A DNA stretch of 63,588 nucleotides, filler included, from Lenisia limosa (taxonomy: Eukaryota > Protista > Breviatea), in assembly GCA_001655205.1 (NCBI GenBank). It is 13 parts of 13 records of this genome, joined end to end, with 100 filler letters (N's around TTAATTAATTAA, not from the genome) between each part and the next. Parts side by side here need not be neighbours in the genome. Positions count along the whole stretch, not along the records: positions 4,129 to 25,340 come from LPNZ01008210.1; 12 more parts are not named here. One strand, 5' to 3'. The first letter of the stretch is position 1. Each line of letters starts with the position of its first letter. Shown here in pieces: positions 11,624 through 24,200 of the stretch. Under the pieces are notes generated by a model. The model searched no databases, had not been told where the DNA came from, and saw nothing but the letters and a program-made list of their open reading frames with translations. The translations under genes and the position numbers were made by a program.

Positions 11624-13198
11624 TTACTTCTTCTTGCCACCAGCCTTAGCGGCAGACTTGGTAACCTTGCCGGACTTATCGACCTTGGTGACCTTCTTGA
11701 TGACACCGACGGCGACGGTTTGACGCATATCACGGACGGCGAAACGACCGAGGGGAGCGTACTCAGTGAAAGCCTCAACGCACATGGGCTTGGTGGGGAC
11801 GAGGGTAACGATGGCAGCGTCACCGGACTTGATGAACTTGGGGTTCTTCTCGATCTCCTTACCGGAACGACGGTCAACCTTGGTCTGGATGTCGGCGAAC
11901 TTGCAAGCGATATGGGCGGTATGGCAATCAAGGACGGGGGTGTAGCCGTTGGAAACTTGACCGGGGTGGTTGAGGACGATAACCTGGGCGGTGAAGTCGC
12001 CGGCCTCCTTGGCGGGGTCGCGGTTGGAGTCGGAGCAGACGTAGCCACGACGGATTTCCTTGACGGAAACATTCTTAACGTTGAAACCAACGTTGTCTCC
12101 GGGGACGGCCTCGGTAAGAGCTTCATGATGCATCTCAACGGACTTTACCTCAGTGGTAACACCGCAGGGAGCGAAGGTAGCAACGCATCCGGGCTTGAGG
12201 ACACCAGTCTCGACACGACCGACGGGCACCGTACCGATACCACCGATCTTGTAGACGTCCTGGAGGGGAAGACGAAGAGCCTTGTCGACGGGGCGCTTAG
12301 GGGGATCGACAGAGTCGAGAGCGTCGATAAGAGTGGGGCCCTTGTACCAGGTCATGTTGGGGGACTTCTCGAGCATGTTGTCACCGTTCCATCCGGAAAT
12401 GGGGACAAAGGGGACCTTGTCGGGGTTGTATCCGACCTGGAAAAGTGAGAATAAGCTGAGTATATTAAGAAAGCGAAAACGTATGAAACACTGCTAACCT
12501 TCTTGAGGAAACCGGAAACTTCCTTCTTGATCTCAGTGTAACGAGCCTCGGCGTACTTAACGGACTTGTCGTCCATCTTGTTGACACCAACGATCATCTG
12601 CTTGACACCAAGGGTGAAGGCGAGGAGAGCGTGCTCGCGAGTCTGTCCCTCCTTGGAGATACCAGCCTCGAACTCACCAGAGCCGGAAGCGACGATGAGG
12701 ATAGCAACATCAGCCTAAAACATTAACATTGAAGATAAAGTGAGTAATAAATATTAAGTATAGCAAGCACAACATCCAGTTAAATACTACGCACCTGAGA
12801 GGTACCGGTAATCATGTTCTTGATGAAATCACGGTGGCCGGGGGCATCGATGATGGTGAAGTGATGCTTGGCAGTCTCGAACTTCCAGAGAGCAATATCG
12901 ATGGTGATACCACGTTCACGCTCAGCCTTCAGTTTGTCGAGAACCCAAGCATACTTGAAGGAGGACTTGCCAATCTCAGCAGCTTCCTTCTCGAACTTCT
13001 CGACTAGAAGAGTAAGCGAAAAGAGAATAAAAGAAGTCACACATGCAAGAGAATATTCTCAAAAAAATGATGTTCCCACTCACTTTGACGCTTGTCGATA
13101 CCACCGCACTTATAGATAAGGTGACCGGTAGTGGTAGACTTGCCGGAATCGACGTGACCAATAACAACGAGGTTAACGTGGAGCTTTTCCTTACCCAT
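11624..13198 (-). CDS. EEF1A: Translation elongation factor 1-alpha (extra intron in the 5'UTR, donor near 13258)
   Basis: [56 protein letters not shown] and C-terminal [17 protein letters not shown] are all present, with strong codon bias. Confidence 0.99.
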
Positions 13199-13516
13199 CT
13201 AAACAAATTAGAAAAACCAAGAGTAAAATGTGATGAAATATGATCAAAACAAAACATACCTTTAAATCGAATGAGAGAGAGGACTTCAAATCGAAAAATA
13301 GTGGGGTAAAAGGCAATGAACTGAACTAATGAACTGAACTTAAGAGACTAAAATAGTCTTTGAAATAATAAAAGTGATTACGTAATCGGGATTTTTACAG
13401 AATTGGGATTCAAATCTCTTTTTTGTTTTTGAAATCCCCTCTTTGGTTGGCTTTCCTCTACTCTGGACTCTTCCTGTCTATATTTGTGAAGTTAGAATTT
13501 ATTTTGCAGTTTTGCA

Positions 13517-16357
13517 TGTCTAGAGCGTTAGATCTTGTTGAAAAACTCTAGACTTCTTCAACTCTTCGATTTGGCTGATCTTCTAGCTCCTTCGCTGTTA
13601 AGATCTTTTACAATGATAGCAACAAGTTAGTTGGGCTTCTATTTTATGAGTTTTACAAGGAGCCCAGTTTGAAGAGTTGTTTTCACATATCTTTGATGTC
13701 ATTAGAACCAAGAGGGAGAGGTTCAGTTCTTGCCCCGACAAACGTGAGCCCCCCTGAAGAGGAAGCCCTTAAGGCTCAGCTCAGAGAAGAAAAGGTTGGG
13801 GTCATTGGGTATTTCGTCTATTTTTGCTTTGAGGCTTATATTCCAGGCTGAAAAACTCAGGAAGCAGGTGATTGCAAGCAAAGACAAAGCTGAAATGTAT
13901 GGGGTTTTCCTTTTGTTTGAACGTTGATTAGAGTTGTGCCTTTTCTTAAAAAAAGATATCTTATGTTCCTCTTCTTTAACTGTCTTTTTCTTATTTCTTC
14001 TTCTTCTCATGTTTATTTATTTTTGTAATAATTAACATTAAAAACAGGAAACCGAGTGAAGAGCAAAACAATGATGTTAAAGAGGAAAAGTCTGATCAAA
14101 TAAAAACCCCTGAAAAAAGCAAAAGTACAGAGAGAAGTAGAAGTAGAGAAGTAAGAAGAAGAAGTAGGAGCAGAGATAGAAGAAGCAGGAGCAAAGATAA
14201 AAGAGTGAGTAGAAGCAGGGAAACAAGAAGAAGAAGCAGAAGCAGAGAAGTTAGAAGAAGGAGCAGAAGCAGAGAAGTTAGAAGAAGAAGTAGAAGCAGA
14301 GATAGAAGAAGGAGTAGAAGTAGGGAAGCAAGAAGAAAGAGCAGAAGCAGAGATAGAAGAAGGAGCAGAAGCAGGGAAGCAAGAAGAAGGAGCAGAAGCA
14401 GAGATAGAAGAAGGAGCAGAAGCAGGGAAGCAAGAAGAAGGAGNNNNNNNNNNNNNNNNNNNNNNNNNNGAGCAGAAGCAGGGAAGCAAGAAGAAGGAGT
14501 AGGAGCAGAGATAGAAGAAGCAGGAGTAGAGATGTCAAAGAACAAGAAGGTGTTCCAAAGGAAGACAAGAATGGGAAGGACGAAGATTTGAAGAAGGTAG
14601 AGGAGCAAGCACCTGTTGAAGTTCTAGCTGTCAGGTTGGTTGCTTATCCATCTGTTTGTGTGACCTTTAGGGATGTTCATGCTGAGCCTGAAAGTCCGAA
14701 AGAAGAAGACATTGATGACTCTGGATTCATTGTATGTTCCTGAGTTGTATTCTTGTTGATTTTGTTCCATTTGCCTAATTCATGAAAAGTTGTAAGGGAA
14801 ATGGAGAATTATGACTCAGCTTTATAATTAATAACGCTCTCATTTTGACATATTTTGGATTCAAAATGGAAAAACTTCTGCATTCTGTTTGTGGTTGTGT
14901 TGAAGACTTCTACATCATATTTTCTCCTCACAATCTTCCCCCGGANNNNNNNNNNNNNNNNNNNNNNNNNNNNNNNNNNNNNNNNNNNNNNNNNNNNNNN
15001 NNNNNNNNNNNNNNNNNNNNNNNNNNNNNNNNNNNNNNNNNNNNNNNNNNNNNNNNNNNNNNNNNNNNNNNNNNNNNNNNNNNNNNNNNNNNNNNNNNNN
15101 NNNNNNNNNNNNNNNNNNNNNNNNNNNNNNNNNNNNNNNNNNNNNNNNNNNNNGAGCTTCTTTTTTTTTTTTTTTTGTTTCATAAATTTTCCAATTTACT
15201 CCTCCCTTCTCAGGAAAGAAAGTTATTGAAAAAGGAGCTCCAATCCGACCATTCCGTTCCATCCCTGATCGAGAACCCCACACAGGAGGAAGATGAGGAT
15301 GAAGGGAGTGATGTGTCGACACCTTGGTTACAAGCGCCAATTGTAGGCAAATGTCTTGACCATAACATCCAGATCAATCCAAATGCCGTCGTTGAAACCC
15401 ACACCGCCACTCCTGGGGGACCTCAAATCCCACCTCCGGACCAACTCATTCGTCAATTCCCTGCGAAGGTATGCAGCACTAATGCACTCTCACTCACTTC
15501 GTTTCTCAAAAGATTGATAATATGATTCGTATATTGTTCTGTTATTGTTCGGAGCCAAAGTGAGCGCTCCTTATTTTGGATCAAAACCAGAAATATTCCT
15601 AAAAATAATTTCTTCATTTGAATTTTGTGTTCTTCTTTATTGATGTGAGAACCAAGTATTCTTGAGATTTTGGAGAGGGGTGTGGTGAACCTCTATCTTT
15701 TCCTTTGACTCTAATGCTGCACAAGACTTTTCTTGGTCATTTTCATATCTAAGCTCACCCGTTAGACAATTCAGCCTGTTTCGAAACCCATCCAGTTTGG
15801 TGCTACAATTAAAACTCTACCAACCTCAAACAAAAAGGTTTGTTCGTAGCAAGAGGGCAGAAAGCTGTATGCCACCATTCATCACTACGTGATAGACTTC
15901 TTATTTTCCAGGGTGGTCTTGGTAACTGGTCTACTTTGGAAGTTAAGGAATCACCGAAACCTGTCCACGTCACGAAGTTTGTTTTATATGCTTGTTTTCA
16001 TTCTTCAGAGCACCCCCCAAAGTCGAACTAAAGATCTCTCAACTCATTGACCTCATTAAGGTTTTTGGCTTTGTTTTTCACCAGTGTCCCATAACGCATG
16101 AAATCATGGAGGACCCTGTTATTGCGGAGGATGGTTTCACTTACGAAAGAGCTGAAGTGGAGAAGTGGTTCCTGAAATCTTGGAAGAGCCCAATGACAAA
16201 TGAAGATATCCCGTCCACTCTACTCATCCCCAACAAAACGCTGAAAAGTGTCATTATTGAAATTGCTGAATTGAGAAAACGCGCTCAAGTAAGATACCTT
16301 CGGTTCTTTTCATTTTCTAGATCAACGCAGATGGAGAAAAACAATAGACGTGTGTAA
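13517..16357 (+). CDS. Protein with a coiled coil, an RS-repeat tract and a C-terminal U-box (probable E3 ligase); start and single-gene continuity uncertain
   Basis: The U-box is clear: CPITHEIMEDPVIAEDGFTYERAEVEKWF....SPMTNEDIPSTLLIPNKTLKSVI (about 16085-16290). About 14130-14530 is a 24-nt tandem array reading (RRRSRSRD/EA)n in the frame that stays open. Two N gaps interrupt the model. Confidence 0.6.
14130..14530 (+). repeat. 24-nt coding tandem repeat (agcagaagcagagatagaagaagg and variants)
   Basis: More than a dozen degenerate units are visible directly; the array contains an N gap. Confidence 0.9.
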
Positions 16358-16383
16358 ATGTGTAAATGTGTACATTAAATAAA

Positions 16384-17990
16384 CTAAAACTCCTTGAAAT
16401 TAAACGATTGTTGACCAAAAGACAGGCCAAAAGACTCCCGGGTCTGAGTCAAGTGTCCAGAATAGCTAAAAGGTGAATGAATAACCTGATACCTGTGGTG
16501 GTGTTTTCAAGTACTGAACCAACCCTGGAATGAAAGCGGGCTTTGCGGGTGCGGTGTGGGGTCTGATTGAAGTTGGTGTCACCTTTGAGGGACCTAGAAT
16601 GTGAAATGGAACTATTTCTTTCACATCAGTCACAAAAAAAAGGAGATCTTTCACCCCTCTGGAATCATCATAATTGATTGGCTCTCCGAACACCAACCAG
16701 AAACGCCAGTCCGGGCGGCGTCTTCTCGTTGCATTGTTCTCGACGCCATCGCACCATTGTGGAAAGAACGACCTGGTGAGTGAAGGGATGATGATTGACC
16801 ATCAAGTAAATATATCGATTTGGTATGCACGCCCCTCACCAGTTGACAAAGCTTCCCTCATGTAGGGGCGATGTCCAGTGTATCCCGAAATGAAGCCAGG
16901 GTCACGCGCAAGATTGGGCTGCGATGTTTGTGGTCTCTCGTCTGTGGTGTTAAAATTGGGTTAATACAATTAATAAAAAAATAACATGTCGAAATGAGAA
17001 AAAAAAGTACCGATAGAAAAATACTGCCTTGATGATATATATGTACATGTATCATATGTTCCTGGTAAAACTGGTCACGTATTTTCCCCAATGAAAACAC
17101 TGCTTCCTGAAAGGCAGGATAAATATAAAACCGTAGCCATTCCCGCCTACTCTGTGTCACACGCTGACGATGGATCTCAAGAGGAGTGGGTGGGTTGACT
17201 AAGGTATTAAGAGGGTTGCTGATGGAAGGGCGTCGAAAAGATACAACAAATACAGTATTTCAAACTCTTATGGATAACAGTGCTTGACGGTAAAAAAAAA
17301 CACATTTCATTTCTTACTTTTGGGTTGGGGTGCAGTTAAGGTCTGTTTTTTGGCGAGACCTGAAAGTGAAAAATATATACACGTAAGAGGAAAATTTCAG
17401 TAATCCATAAAATGAGCCGAAAAAGTAAAAGGAATAATTGTGCTCAAGAGTTCCAGCATACTGGCGGTGAGATTAGAGCGTTGGGGGGTGGAACTGGACA
17501 TTCGGTGCTGAAGACTTCCCTCATGGGTAATTTTGCTGTACGATGCACCGAACTTTTCAAAAGCTCTAGGGGTATATCCTTGGTCTAAAATGTTAACTTA
17601 AACAACTTCTCACATCCTGGAACTTTTCTGCCATTGATTTTTTTCTCTCTTAAAAGCGTAACCTCTATAAAGGGTAAGAAAAGTGCCCTTTTCACAAACC
17701 ATCCACCTCATTGCTTTTCGACTTTCCGGTGTCTAAAGAGATGAGAAGCCAGGCTACAACAGCCTTACATCCAGGAAGCTTGACGTTTTGGCGGGGTTTG
17801 TTAGTCTGAGAGGACCGTGCGGCTCTCAAGGTCGAGTCAATACCGGCTTCGCTCCCGTGCCCGGTAACGCAGAAGGAAAAGTTGTTGCCTACAGACTTCA
17901 ATAAAACACCTCCACCAAACCTCCACTGACACCTGCAGCTGCTTTGCTGTAAGAAGCATCAATTGTGCGTCTAGGGGCGCGCTGAAGATT
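16384..17990 (-). CDS. FAM166/CIMIP2-like protein with PGYxG (PYG) repeats; start may lie further upstream (to about 18270)
   Basis: Four spliced repeats: KLPGYTG, KVPGYQGYTPRAFEKFGASYSKIT, GFISGYTGHRPYMRE and AFIPGYSGHLTQTRESFGLSFGQQS. In three of them the motif is only completed across a GT-AG junction, which supports the model. Confidence 0.7.
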
Positions 17991-18512
17991 CAAAACCCCA
18001 GTTTGAAAAAGGTCAAAAAAAAAAGGAAATAGTACCACCACAGTTCCCCATCAAACATATGCAGGAGGTGCAGGCTTTGTAAGTCCTGAAATAGTTAAAG
18101 GAGAGAGAGAGGGTCAGGAAACATCAGAAAGGATATTTGAAGAAAGACATAAATTGTGAAGTCAGCCACTTATAATTACATTCTTTCTTAAATAAACTAC
18201 CTACCAGCCATCTTCGCAAACTGGGGCCCGGAGAAAAGCTACTGTTGTCTTCGACTTGAGCTGAGAAGGTTCTATCCTATTATTTGCAATATATCTGCTA
18301 GAATATATAGTAGAGACAAATAGAGAGGCATTTTTCCAATTTTTTTTACCCGCGCTTTTATCATATATGTCGGAGCCCCATGTTATTTTCACAAATTTCC
18401 CTTTGGTTGTTTTGTGTTGCTTGCAACTTGGGTGTTTGGTTTTGGTGAACACATATATATCAGGGTAAAATATTATATATTTGTAGGAAGTGTATCTTGG
18501 AGAAGAACAAAA

Positions 18513-21108
18513 ATGGAAGTTGAGAATGATGAGTCTTTTGTAGACAGTGCCAACGAAGCAGTTCAAAATTTTAATTCCAAAACAATAGATATCAATGCCA
18601 CAGAGAGCGTTCTAACCTCCGAAATCGACCTTCTCTTTCAGGGACCTGAAACGAAATTCAGGACTGTAAGTCCTCCAACCCACCACTTACTAATAAATAG
18701 GATGGTGCAAGTAAAGCAACTGAAATTGTCCTGAGAGCTATTGTCAAAGCCTGCTCCACACTGAAATTCTACTCTCTGCTTTCTGTGAATTTGCAGGTTG
18801 CTGTCAAGAGAAGAGCGCAGCTGAAACAAGTATGGGGATTAAGAGTTTCTTGTTAGATTGTTTAAATTTTATTTTTATTATTTCCAGGCATTTTTGGGTA
18901 TGTTCAAGGAAGCTATGGAGTGCATGAATCAGCTGCTGGAGGCGAAGGATGAAGAGGTAGGAGTGAGCGAAGTATACTGACGTCCAGGCCTTTATGGGTC
19001 TTTGTGAGGGTCTGAGAAGCGCTTCAGACGGAAGAATCTACCTGGAAATGGAGCATGCAAAGGTTACTCAGGTCCTCTCCAGATACTACGAAAGCAAAGG
19101 TGTGTTCTCCTTTCTCGTTTTATTGGTAATCTCTTCTTTTAGGAGATCTTGTGAAAGCCTCTAAAGTCCTTCAAGAGATCCAAGTGGAGACTGTTGGCTC
19201 CATGTCGAGAAGGTGAGTTGGCTGGTTGGTTTTACTCCTTTTCATGGCGTGGTATTGATCAAGAATGAGCATTTGGTCAGTATTTTGCTTAGATCTCTTT
19301 TTTCTAATGGGTGGAATGGAAAATTAGTTTTGTTTGAAGGGATTGAAGATGCTGGTGCTCTTATGATGTAGCAACTTGAGAAGTAGCTGACAGTTCTAGA
19401 GAAAAGGCCGACATTATCATTGATCAAATGCGACTTTGTCTCAGCAACGAGGACTACTTGAAGTGCCATCTTATCAGTCAGAAAATCAACCTCAACACTC
19501 TCCAGAGGGAAAACTTCTCTGATGTCAAAGCGAGGTGAGTTTCTTTGTACCTTTTTCTTTCCAGGATTTTCTATCACATAAGTATACTAGAACAAATATT
19601 ATACTTATACTACATACATATGTATAATATATTACAAAGTGAGCAGAATGTTAAGGTAAATGATTGGGTAACTTTTAAAACCATTGACATAAACGTGTTG
19701 TTTCTTGGCTTCAAGTAGAACCTATTTTCCCACATTCTATCCTGTTATTGATTATCAGGTTCTACCGCGTGATGGCGGAATACCACATGCAAGAGGCTGA
19801 TTACTACAACGTTGCCCTGGACTACCAACACATCCTTGTCATTGACTCAAAAGAAGTGGGAAGCAGTGACTGTTAACAATTGGTCTTGACATTTCTCCTT
19901 CAGATTGGTTGAAAAGCCTAACGTTGTGCACTTTGTCCTCATTCTTTAGTTTGCTGATGAGGAAAAGGAAAACCTCTTGCGTTTAGTGTGTATCTTCTCG
20001 GTCCTCTCCAAGTAAGTAAAGGGTCCATTGCTCTCTGTAGTGATTTCTGCGACCTTAACTATGAATAACCGTCAATAATTCTTGCAAGATATTGTTCAAC
20101 TTGTATTTCATTAGAAACGAAGAGTATTGACTTTTGATCAACACCCTCCCCGTTGCCTTACTTTGTAGCCACGCTCCCCATGCCGTTGCCTCACTTTGTA
20201 GATACGACAGTGACACCCAGGCTCTTTGGTCAAGGGTCTTGAAACATCCCCTCATTTCGGATATTGGACAGCACAGAGATCTTCTCAAGGTACACCCACA
20301 CCTTAACGAAACTTGATACTCCCATCCCCACCACACACACTGAACTGCAACCATAGTTATCTCACCCTTACATATTTACATAGTAGACAAATCAACATGG
20401 ACCGAAACATTCCATTTTACTTCCCTCATCCCGTCTCACGATTTAGTCATTTGAGAGGGACGAGGTAATGATGTGGGAGGATTTTGTCAAGTCTTTCGGC
20501 TCGCTCTTCTCGGAACCCCTCATCACGTCATTGGTTAGCTCCACCCCCATGTTTAAATATGATAGCATATTATACGTGTCTAGATTTGGGTGTTTTAGGC
20601 ATGAAATGTTAGTTTTGGTTCATTCTTGCCCGTATTCCCTGACATCGCGCAGAAGCACAGCAGTAAGTGTCAGGAAGAGCTGCGATTCCGCGTGGTTGAG
20701 CACAACCTTCGTGTAGCAAGCCATGCATACAGCAGAGTCTCCCTTGACCACCTGGCCACTATCCTCGCCCTCACAACGGACGAGACTGAAGAGGTTTGTT
20801 CATTGTTCTTCCTTTGGCATAATTTGAGGATGATTATATATAACATAGAACACAGTTTTGGATTTCCATTTCTGACCGCGCAGACACTTGGCAAGCTCGT
20901 CCACGAAGGTCAAGTGATCTGCAAGATCGACCGCCCAGCCCGGGTGGTGGAGTTCAAGGTGAAGCGTCCGGCCGCGGAGGTGCTCAACGATTGGTCCGCT
21001 AACATCAAATCGCTGCTGTTCCTCATTGAAACAACGTCAACACAGAGTAGGCACCCCTGCTTCGTTTATTCTTTAGTTTCCAAGGAGAGGATGCGAGTTA
21101 CTCTGTAA
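18513..21108 (+). CDS. PSMD12: 26S proteasome lid subunit Rpn5 (PCI domain)
   Basis: Contains KRRAQLKQA, LQEIQVETVGSMSR, IIDQMRLCL..EDY, RVVEHNLRVASHAYSRVSL, KIDRPARVVEF and LNDWSANIKSLL, matching conserved Rpn5 blocks in order. Confidence 0.9.
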
Positions 21109-21296
21109 GGTTGATTTGCAATAGAAATGAAATCAAATTTTTCTCTGGGGTTTCCTGTACCGCTCTTTGTCCTCTCACTTTCTCAAATATGAAGAATGGG
21201 AAATGCAAATCCTCCAACTCTTATTGGACTGGCTGGTGAAATCTTGGCTCTTACAATACATTATACCCATAATCACACTAATGAAACAATACCATT

Positions 21297-24200
21297 CTAA
21301 TGGAAGTGGTGTCTGGCCAGTCGCTGCTCAGCCTCGTGCAGTCGAGCATCTAAAGAAGCTGCAAGCCGATCTACATGGACATTAATGGTGTTTCAAGGTG
21401 TGGCACTACCATAAATCATTCTCTCTCAATATGCCCTCACTTTCTCACACACTTTATTATCATTCAACTACACCCAAGCCCTGCAAAATCCTTCATTCAT
21501 CATTCACCCCCACCAAGACGTTGGGATGCAGTGAGGTTAGTAGCAGGCCTGTGAACTGGTCTCTCAACCGAACGCATCTGCTCTTTCCGCTGCGACTCCA
21601 AAAGGGACCTTGACATACTTGGTCTAGGGGGGGGGGGGGNNNNNNNNNNNNNNNNNNNNNNNNNNNNNNNNNNNNNNNNNNNNNNNNNNNNNNNNNNNNN
21701 NNNNNNNNNNNNNNNNNNNNNNNNNNNNNNNNNTGTGAACTATCAATTAATGAAAATGCTACTACTCGGGCTGACTAGCTTTTGCAGAAGATTTGTTATG
21801 GAGGCAATTGTGATAAATAAATATTATGATAGCAAACCTTGACGGAGAGGCATATGAGGTTCTTGTCTGTTGAAGAGGAACATGCTCCCGAGTGTATTGG
21901 TGCACTGGAGTCGTCTCATGGTGCTACAAAGGTGACACTCAACCCTCATCTAGTCGCCACATTTTCATTATTGTTCTTATTTCCACATTAAGTATGACAC
22001 CATTTCTCTCTCAAGAAGAGCTCCCCAAACCGGGCTTTTGGCACTTTGCATCGAAAGAAGGTTCCAGAGGCGGGAGTTTTCCTCTTCAAGGTTCTCTTGA
22101 GGCGGGCGTTGAGATGACGTCATGCTGTTGCGCAGAGCACTGATTTCGTTTCGAGAGGAAAGCAGCTCGGCTTCAGCATGGATGGCTCTTCCTAAGGGGA
22201 ATGAGAGGGATAAAACGGTTTTATCTGGATGAAGCCATTGTTAAGAATATTGATAAATGTAAAATAGCTTATAACGTAGAAAAGGTAAAGCGTAATACCT
22301 AGTGCCTTAGACAGTTCGTTATTAAGCCCCTCTTGTGTCGCTCTACTCTCTCCTGGAACAGTGATATTTCGAAAGTGTGTCAAACCTCCATCTAAGCGCT
22401 TCCAACTTTGGACGGCATCAGACACCGCTTCGGCCTAAGGCATGAAAAAGGGGGGAAATGGCTTAACTTCGATCATCATAGCCCACCTTCTCGATCTCAG
22501 CCATCCTGACAGCCTTGAGAGCTGAAGTTGCCTTCGCCTCGCTGGCAGCAACGGACCTCTTCAAGTCGGCGTTCTCTACCTCCAGAACCTGGACTGAGGC
22601 CTTGAACTTCGCTGATTCCTGAACTGTTATGCGATACCTGTCAGCCGTCCATATCATCACATTTAATCTCGTAACAGAGGATACAATATGGTTTGTTATA
22701 CCAATCGGCTCATTAGTTGTATTATGTATTCTTAACTTCTGTTGAGTACTCGGGAAGTAGTAATAATAAAGGAATAAGTCTCCTTTTTACAATTGATAGC
22801 TTCTGCAAGAGCATAAGGAAAGAAAAGGAGATTGAGGTAGATAACCTACCAAAGTAACGTCTTTGTATTTTGCAGTGAAATCGGCAAGGGAAGATTCCAC
22901 CTGATGCGTCCGGGCTTTGCTTTCTGCCAGCAACTTCTCAATTGCCATCTTCTGTTTACCTTCCTCATCCGCTCGGTCCTGAGGAGAAGTCAAATGGCGA
23001 AAAAAAATGGAATTTAAATTTTCTCTATTCCATTCTAAACCGGTGGAGCAAAAGGTATCAGAATAAGATGATGATAAAAAAAAAACAACCAAATCTTATT
23101 TCAAAAGAAAAAATCCCTTCAAATGAAGGCAAACCTGAAGGAAGCCATTTTCAATCTGAGCTTGTTGAAGCTTGGACTTGAGTTCCTTTGCTTTGCAGGC
23201 GTTCGCAGACGCTTCATCGAATGCCTGTTGTGTGAGATACGAGGTACAAACAACGGGTGGATTCTAGTGGGAACCAAGGTTCTCTGAAGCAAAAAAATAT
23301 TCATAAAAATAGACCACCACCATCATGTAATAGCCAAATCAGGACAAAGGCATCAACATAATCATGTGGTTAAAGAAAAGAGCAGTTTCGTTAATAACGT
23401 AACGAGTGGCAGTAAATGCCAGAAGAGGAGCGGAATTGGATTTTTCAAATGAAAGTACGAGGAGTCAGAGAAAACAAACGACGGTTTTCAAACAACACCC
23501 CTGTAATACAGCAGCGTAACCGACCTTGTCACGTGCCGACTCCGCAGCCTCTGTACGCCCTTCGTTGATTCGGAGCTTCACCTAGAAAAGTAATGATCGG
23601 ATTCATTTCGGTTTACCCCCCCCCCCTCTCTCTCTCAAAATTTAAATGGTGACGAATATAATACGTCTCAGTTAAGCTGATACTCAAATCAGAGTCTTTG
23701 AACCAAATTGTGAAAGAATACACCATACTTGGAGATCGGCGATACTGACTTCAAGATTGGAGGATTTGGTCCACGCTGTCACACACTGTTCTTCAGCAAG
23801 CGAAATTTGGGTCTTAGCAGAGAACTGCTCGGCTTCGACTTGGGCTAATTTGCTCTTCATCAGCATCAATTCATCCTCGAGGGTCACTGTTCGACTGCTC
23901 TGTCTGTCGAGTTGCTCCTTCAAGCTGGCATTGATACGATGACTTTCATCAAGCTCGTTCTTCATAACGGACATCTGTGCTTCCTTCTCCACAGTTTTCA
24001 CCCTCTCCTGCTGAACCTCATTGTTCTTGGCTTGAATCGCTTCTCGGTTGCTTGAAATTGCCTAAAAAGATGAGTCCTGGTTTATCAACTTCCATGTTTA
24101 AGTATGTTAAAAAAAATTTAATTTAGCTGTGGAATATAAAAAAACTCATTCGCTAATAATATGATACGATATCATAAAATAGACTTCATTATGATAAAAT

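Noticed and set aside
11608-12448. Long alternative-frame and antisense ORFs (11608-12138 minus, 11720-12448 plus)
   Set aside because: These are shadows of the strongly codon-biased EF-1alpha exon.
14013-14608. Poly-Leu/Ser ORFs on the minus strand
   Set aside because: They are antisense readings of the purine-rich 24-nt RS repeat.
18513-21108. CSN4 as an alternative identity for the PCI protein
   Set aside because: The QVETxGSM and QMRLCL blocks and the C-terminal LNDWS motif are Rpn5-type.
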